A DNA stretch of 64,000 nt from Candidatus Bathyarchaeia archaeon. Its GTDB lineage: Archaea > Thermoproteota > Bathyarchaeia > Bathyarchaeales > Bathycorpusculaceae. The notes under the pieces were generated by a model, which saw nothing but the letters and a program-made list of their open reading frames with translations, was not told the origin of the DNA and did no database searches. The position numbers and the translations under genes are program-made. Each line of letters opens with the position of its first letter. Within the stretch, counting starts at the first letter, position 1. The stretch lies in the NCBI GenBank assembly GCA_038727135.1, contig JAVYWL010000001.1, positions 640,001 through 704,000 on the forward strand. Reading direction: 5' to 3'. Shown here piece after piece: positions 60,166 through 64,000 of the stretch.

Positions 60166-60468
60166 TTGGAAGATATAGGCTTGCCAGAGTTAACTCCAGA
60201 ACAGATAGAGGAGTTATGTTCAAAAGCCGAGGAGGCTGCAAGAGAGTATGTGCTATCTAAAGTTCCGCCCAAACAAGTTGAAACATTAAACATAAGTGTT
60301 GAAACAGACGGCGAGAAACCCTTAACATTGACTGTTGATGTTGAGATAGTCTTGTCGCCGCTGATGCAGGAATATGATGTTCAAAGGCTTGCGGATGAAG
60401 CCGTAAAAGAGGCGTTCAGGTCGGCTGAGAAATACTTGAGGGAACTTAAGTGTCGTTTGCAGAAGTAA
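60166..60468 (+). CDS. DUF3194 family protein
   Basis: GLPELT.EQIE.L...AEEAAR; usual position between pfdB and the DHH gene. Confidence 0.85.
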   Translation: MEDIGLPELTPEQIEELCSKAEEAAREYVLSKVPPKQVETLNISVETDGEKPLTLTVDVEIVLSPLMQEYDVQRLADEAVKEAFRSAEKYLRELKCRLQK

Positions 60469-61460
60469 CCCGCGTATTAGATGTGACAAATGCCCAGCAT
60501 ATAATCTTGTTGTGCCATCATAATGCGGATCCGGACGCCATATGCTCGGCTTTTGCTCTGGCAAGTCTGCTTAAAAAGTGTAGACCACAAGTCAATGTTG
60601 AAATTGGAGCGGCGCAAGGGATAAGCCGCCTTTCAAAACACATTTTAAAATATTTGCCGATAAACGTGGAAACCCAGCCCAACGTGGAAGGTGCAGATTT
60701 GCTAATTCTCTTGGATACAAACACTATTCAACAGTTGAACAACCTTGCGGAGAAGGTGAAGGCTTCAAAGGCGCCTTTAATTGTCATTGATCATCATGCG
60801 ACTCATCCAGAAACCGAGAAGATGGCAAGGCTTTGCATCACAGATGAAAATGTTTCTTCAACATGTGAAATAATCTACAGCTTTTACAAGCAGTCAGGCG
60901 TTAAAATCGAGGAGAACGAAGCTAAAGCGCTTTTCTTGGGCATAGCCTTCGACACCCGCCACTTTGTTTTGGCAAACTCCTCAACACTGAAAACAATTGC
61001 AGAGTTGATAGACGCTGGAGTAAACGTCCAAGAGGCACTGGCAATTTTATCCTTGCCAATGGATTTTTCAGAAAGGGTTGCGAGGCTTAAGGCTTGTAAG
61101 AGGGCTAAGCTCTTCAAAATAGGCGAGTGGATAATCGCCTTGTCGCATGTTAGTGCCTTTCAAGCTTCAGCAGCCCGTGCCATAATAGACCTCGGAGCGC
61201 ATGTGGCGGTTGTTGCTGGACAGAAAAATGAAAGTCTGGAGATAAGCCTCCGCTGCACCAAGGAATTTCATGAAAAGACGGGAATTCACCTTGGAAGGGA
61301 CATAGCCAAGCCTTTAGGTGAATACCTTAACGGCATGGGCGGGGGGCACGCGACAGCAGCTGGTGTCAACGGTTTTGGAGAACTTGAAGCTGGGCTTAAG
61401 CGTTGTTTGAGGCTTTTGAAGGAAAAGATAGTGGCAACACAGCAGAAAACTCAAAATTAA
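60450..61460 (+). CDS. DHH-family phosphoesterase
   Basis: HHNADPDA, LLDT, IDHH, GGGHATAAG. Confidence 0.92.
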   Translation: MSFAEVTRVLDVTNAQHIILLCHHNADPDAICSAFALASLLKKCRPQVNVEIGAAQGISRLSKHILKYLPINVETQPNVEGADLLILLDTNTIQQLNNLAEKVKASKAPLIVIDHHATHPETEKMARLCITDENVSSTCEIIYSFYKQSGVKIEENEAKALFLGIAFDTRHFVLANSSTLKTIAELIDAGVNVQEALAILSLPMDFSERVARLKACKRAKLFKIGEWIIALSHVSAFQASAARAIIDLGAHVAVVAGQKNESLEISLRCTKEFHEKTGIHLGRDIAKPLGEYLNGMGGGHATAAGVNGFGELEAGLKRCLRLLKEKIVATQQKTQN

Positions 61461-61497
61461 GTAGTTACTCTTAAATGGCAAAGTTTTTGGTTAGGAT

Positions 61498-62367
61498 GTG
61501 GTGGAAAAACCAAGCATGCCAATAATCGAGACAAAAAACCTAACATACACGTATCCGGGCGCCACAAAACCATCAATTAGAGATGTTTCCATAAAAATTG
61601 AGAAGGGCGAATTCGTTCTGATAACCGGACCAAGCGGCTGCGGAAAAACAACCTTATGCAGATGCTTTAACGGTTTGATTCCCCATTTTTACCAAGGCGA
61701 ATTGAAAGGCGAAATAACCGTCGCTGGTTTAAAGGTTCCGGAACATCAAATATACGAGTTGGCAACTCACGTGGGGATGGTCTTCCAAAACCCGGAAAAC
61801 CAGCTTTTCGCCTTATCAGTTGAAAAAGATGTAGCCTTCGGACTTGAAAACCTTGGATTTCCAAGGGAAGAGATCCGCAAAAGGGTGGACTGGGCGCTTA
61901 GGCTTACTGGAATATACGAACTGCGGGAACGCACACCAACGGAGCTTTCCGGCGGGCAGCAGCAGCGGGTTGCCATAGCTTCTGTTTTAGCTATGCAGCC
62001 AGAAGTCATAGTCCTCGACGAGCCAACTTCCTTTCTTGACCCGCTGGGCGCCAAGAGAATTTTTGAGGTTATCTATGAGCTTAACAGGAAGCTTGGAGTA
62101 ACCATAGTTCTTGTCGAGCATAGGCTTGATTTGACAGCAAAATACGCAGACCACATCATAATAATGGATGACGGCAAAGTTGTTTTGGACGGGGAGCCCC
62201 ATGAAATCCTAAGCTCTGAGGAAGCCCGCCTAATTGGTGTTGGGATTCCAAAGGCGACGCGCCTCTACCAAATACTGAAAAGCGATGGGATAAAGCTGGG
62301 CGGAAAAGTGCCATTGTCTTCCGATGAGATGGCTGAAATGGTTAGGGAGGCGCTTAAACGCTTATGA
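61498..62367 (+). CDS. ecfA1: ECF transporter ATPase A1
   Basis: GPSGCGKTT, FQNPENQ, LSGGQQQR, LDEPT. Confidence 0.93.
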   Translation: MVEKPSMPIIETKNLTYTYPGATKPSIRDVSIKIEKGEFVLITGPSGCGKTTLCRCFNGLIPHFYQGELKGEITVAGLKVPEHQIYELATHVGMVFQNPENQLFALSVEKDVAFGLENLGFPREEIRKRVDWALRLTGIYELRERTPTELSGGQQQRVAIASVLAMQPEVIVLDEPTSFLDPLGAKRIFEVIYELNRKLGVTIVLVEHRLDLTAKYADHIIIMDDGKVVLDGEPHEILSSEEARLIGVGIPKATRLYQILKSDGIKLGGKVPLSSDEMAEMVREALKRL

Positions 62368-63188
62368 TTGAGGTTCAAGACGTCTACTTTAAATATCCGA
62401 GCGGGGTGGAAGCGCTAAAGGGGGTTTCCCTAACAATTCGAGACGGCGAATTTGTAGCTATAATGGGCGAAAATGGGGCTGGGAAAACAACCCTTGTAAA
62501 ACACTTTAATGGACTGTTAAAGCCAACAGCCGGTAAAGTGCTTGTGGACGGCGTGGAAACAACAAAGGTGAGCGTTGCAACCCTAGCCAGAAAGGTTGGC
62601 TTCGTCTTCCAAAACCCAGACCATCAACTTTTCAGCGAAACCGTTGAGGAGGAAATAGCCTTTGCCCTAAAAAACTTCGGCTTCAGCCAAGACGTAATAG
62701 AAAAGCGGGTGACATGGGCGCTTAACCTTCTAGGCTTGACACAGTACCGGAAAACTTCACCCTTCATGCTCAGCGGAGGCGAAAGAAAACGGGTGGCACT
62801 GGCTTCAGTGCTTGCATGGGACCCTAAAATCTTGATTTTAGACGAACCCACCATCGGGCAAGATTACCAACAGAAGGAGAAACTCCGCCAATTCATTCTA
62901 CAATTGAAGGCTCAAGGAAAAACTGTTGTTATTGTGACGCATGACGTGGAGTTTGTGGCTGAATGCAACCCGAGAGTTGTGCTCATGCGGAGCGGAAAAA
63001 TTGTTGCGGATGGCGAAGCAAGAAAAATCCTAACAGACCCAGAAATACTTGAACAAGCCTCCATAGTGCCGCCCCAAATAGCTCAAATCTTCATAAACTT
63101 GGCGGATTTAGGCTTTCCAAAAGATGTCATAGACGTTTACGAAGCAAGAGAAATCCTTCTAAAAGCCTTCCGGAGGCACCAAGCATGA
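62364..63188 (+). CDS. ecfA2: ECF transporter ATPase A2
   Basis: GENGAGKTT, FQNPDHQ, LSGGERKR, LDEPT. Confidence 0.93.
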   Translation: MIEVQDVYFKYPSGVEALKGVSLTIRDGEFVAIMGENGAGKTTLVKHFNGLLKPTAGKVLVDGVETTKVSVATLARKVGFVFQNPDHQLFSETVEEEIAFALKNFGFSQDVIEKRVTWALNLLGLTQYRKTSPFMLSGGERKRVALASVLAWDPKILILDEPTIGQDYQQKEKLRQFILQLKAQGKTVVIVTHDVEFVAECNPRVVLMRSGKIVADGEARKILTDPEILEQASIVPPQIAQIFINLADLGFPKDVIDVYEAREILLKAFRRHQA

Positions 63189-63979
63189 GCTTTTTTGACG
63201 GACTACGCTTCAGAAGGGTCAGCTCTCCCATTCACAATCTAGACCCAAGAATAAAGTTTGTTTATGCATGTGTGATTTTTATTGTCGCCATACTTTTCTG
63301 GGAGCTACTGCCACTAATTGTGCTTTTTCTAATGCAGATTCCCTTCGTTATAGTTGCTCGTGTCAAGCGGGAGTGGGCACGCTCCATGAGGGGCGCCGCC
63401 TTCTTGGCGTCCATAATATTTTTCGTCAACTTCATATTCTCCTTCATAAGCTCCGGCTATGTGGTTACACTGTCAGCTTTAGAACACGCTCTGTCCATGA
63501 CGCTGCGTTTCTTGGTTCTCGTAGAATCCTTCTCCATATTCTTCTTAACAACGTCGCCGGACCATCTTGGCTTAGCCCTGGAGCAATCTCATGTGCCATA
63601 CGAGTTCTGCTTCGCCTTCACAACAGCTGTGCGCTTCGTACCAGTCCTAGCCGAGGAAGCCCAAACCATCATGGACGCCCAAAAGGCAAGAGGCCTAGAG
63701 CTTGAAAAGGGCAACTTCCTAAAGCGTATTAGAAACTACATTCCGATTCTCATACCGCTTATTGTTAGTGCAATCCGCAGAAGCCTCGAACTGGCTGAAG
63801 CCATGGAGTCCCGCGCTTGGGGAGCGGTGAAAAAACGTACAAACCTATACGTTTTGAAACTGCGGAGAAGCGACTACATCTTCATATTTCTAACCATCGG
63901 CATTTTAGCCGCCGCAATCCTAGTCCGCCTATACCTCCGAATTCCACGTTTAGAAGAAATCTTAACAGGCTTGGCTTAA
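63185..63979 (+). CDS. ecfT: ECF transporter transmembrane component T
   Basis: LDPRIK, RFVP, AQKARG, AMESRAW. Confidence 0.93.
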   Translation: MSFFDGLRFRRVSSPIHNLDPRIKFVYACVIFIVAILFWELLPLIVLFLMQIPFVIVARVKREWARSMRGAAFLASIIFFVNFIFSFISSGYVVTLSALEHALSMTLRFLVLVESFSIFFLTTSPDHLGLALEQSHVPYEFCFAFTTAVRFVPVLAEEAQTIMDAQKARGLELEKGNFLKRIRNYIPILIPLIVSAIRRSLELAEAMESRAWGAVKKRTNLYVLKLRRSDYIFIFLTIGILAAAILVRLYLRIPRLEEILTGLA

Positions 63980-64000
63980 CCGCAAGACTTTTAACATAGA

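Noticed and set aside
61498-63979. Substrate assignment for the ECF module
   Set aside because: No S component lies in the window.

Overview
Gene-dense archaeal chromosomal segment, most consistent with Bathyarchaeia (TACK). This assignment is inferred from the thermosome, Rpo6, TFE, aTrm56, MBF1, NAC, prefoldin beta, archaeal ThrRS/ProRS, EndoQ, an arcadin-1 homolog, GGTGA/GGAGG SD motifs and frequent TTG starts. The window holds about 60 CDS and one tRNA-Val(TAC). I saw no CRISPR array, IS, integrase or prophage. It carries housekeeping blocks, a surface-glycan locus (14.4-22.1 kb), an alpha-glucan/glycogen locus (47.5-53.4 kb), lower glycolysis genes and an ECF module. Most notable observations: (1) a MoxR/CbbQ AAA+ plus VWA pair converging on two unknown coiled-coil genes; (2) an exact 14-bp motif ATTTTGAATTCATA shared by the TrmB promoter, where its core is tandemly duplicated, and the glycogen-locus divergent promoter, at the same distance from a TATA-like box; (3) two genes (hflX, rpo6) that appear to start at ACG; (4) a proline dehydrogenase - tungsten AOR - proS neighbourhood with a structured 85-nt element upstream of proS; (5) a catalytically degenerate NucS-like protein and a half-GT4 inside the glycogen locus; (6) an orphan arcadin-1; (7) a five-domain class III pilin-like protein. 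All product calls rest on motif recognition and recalled family knowledge; no searches were run.
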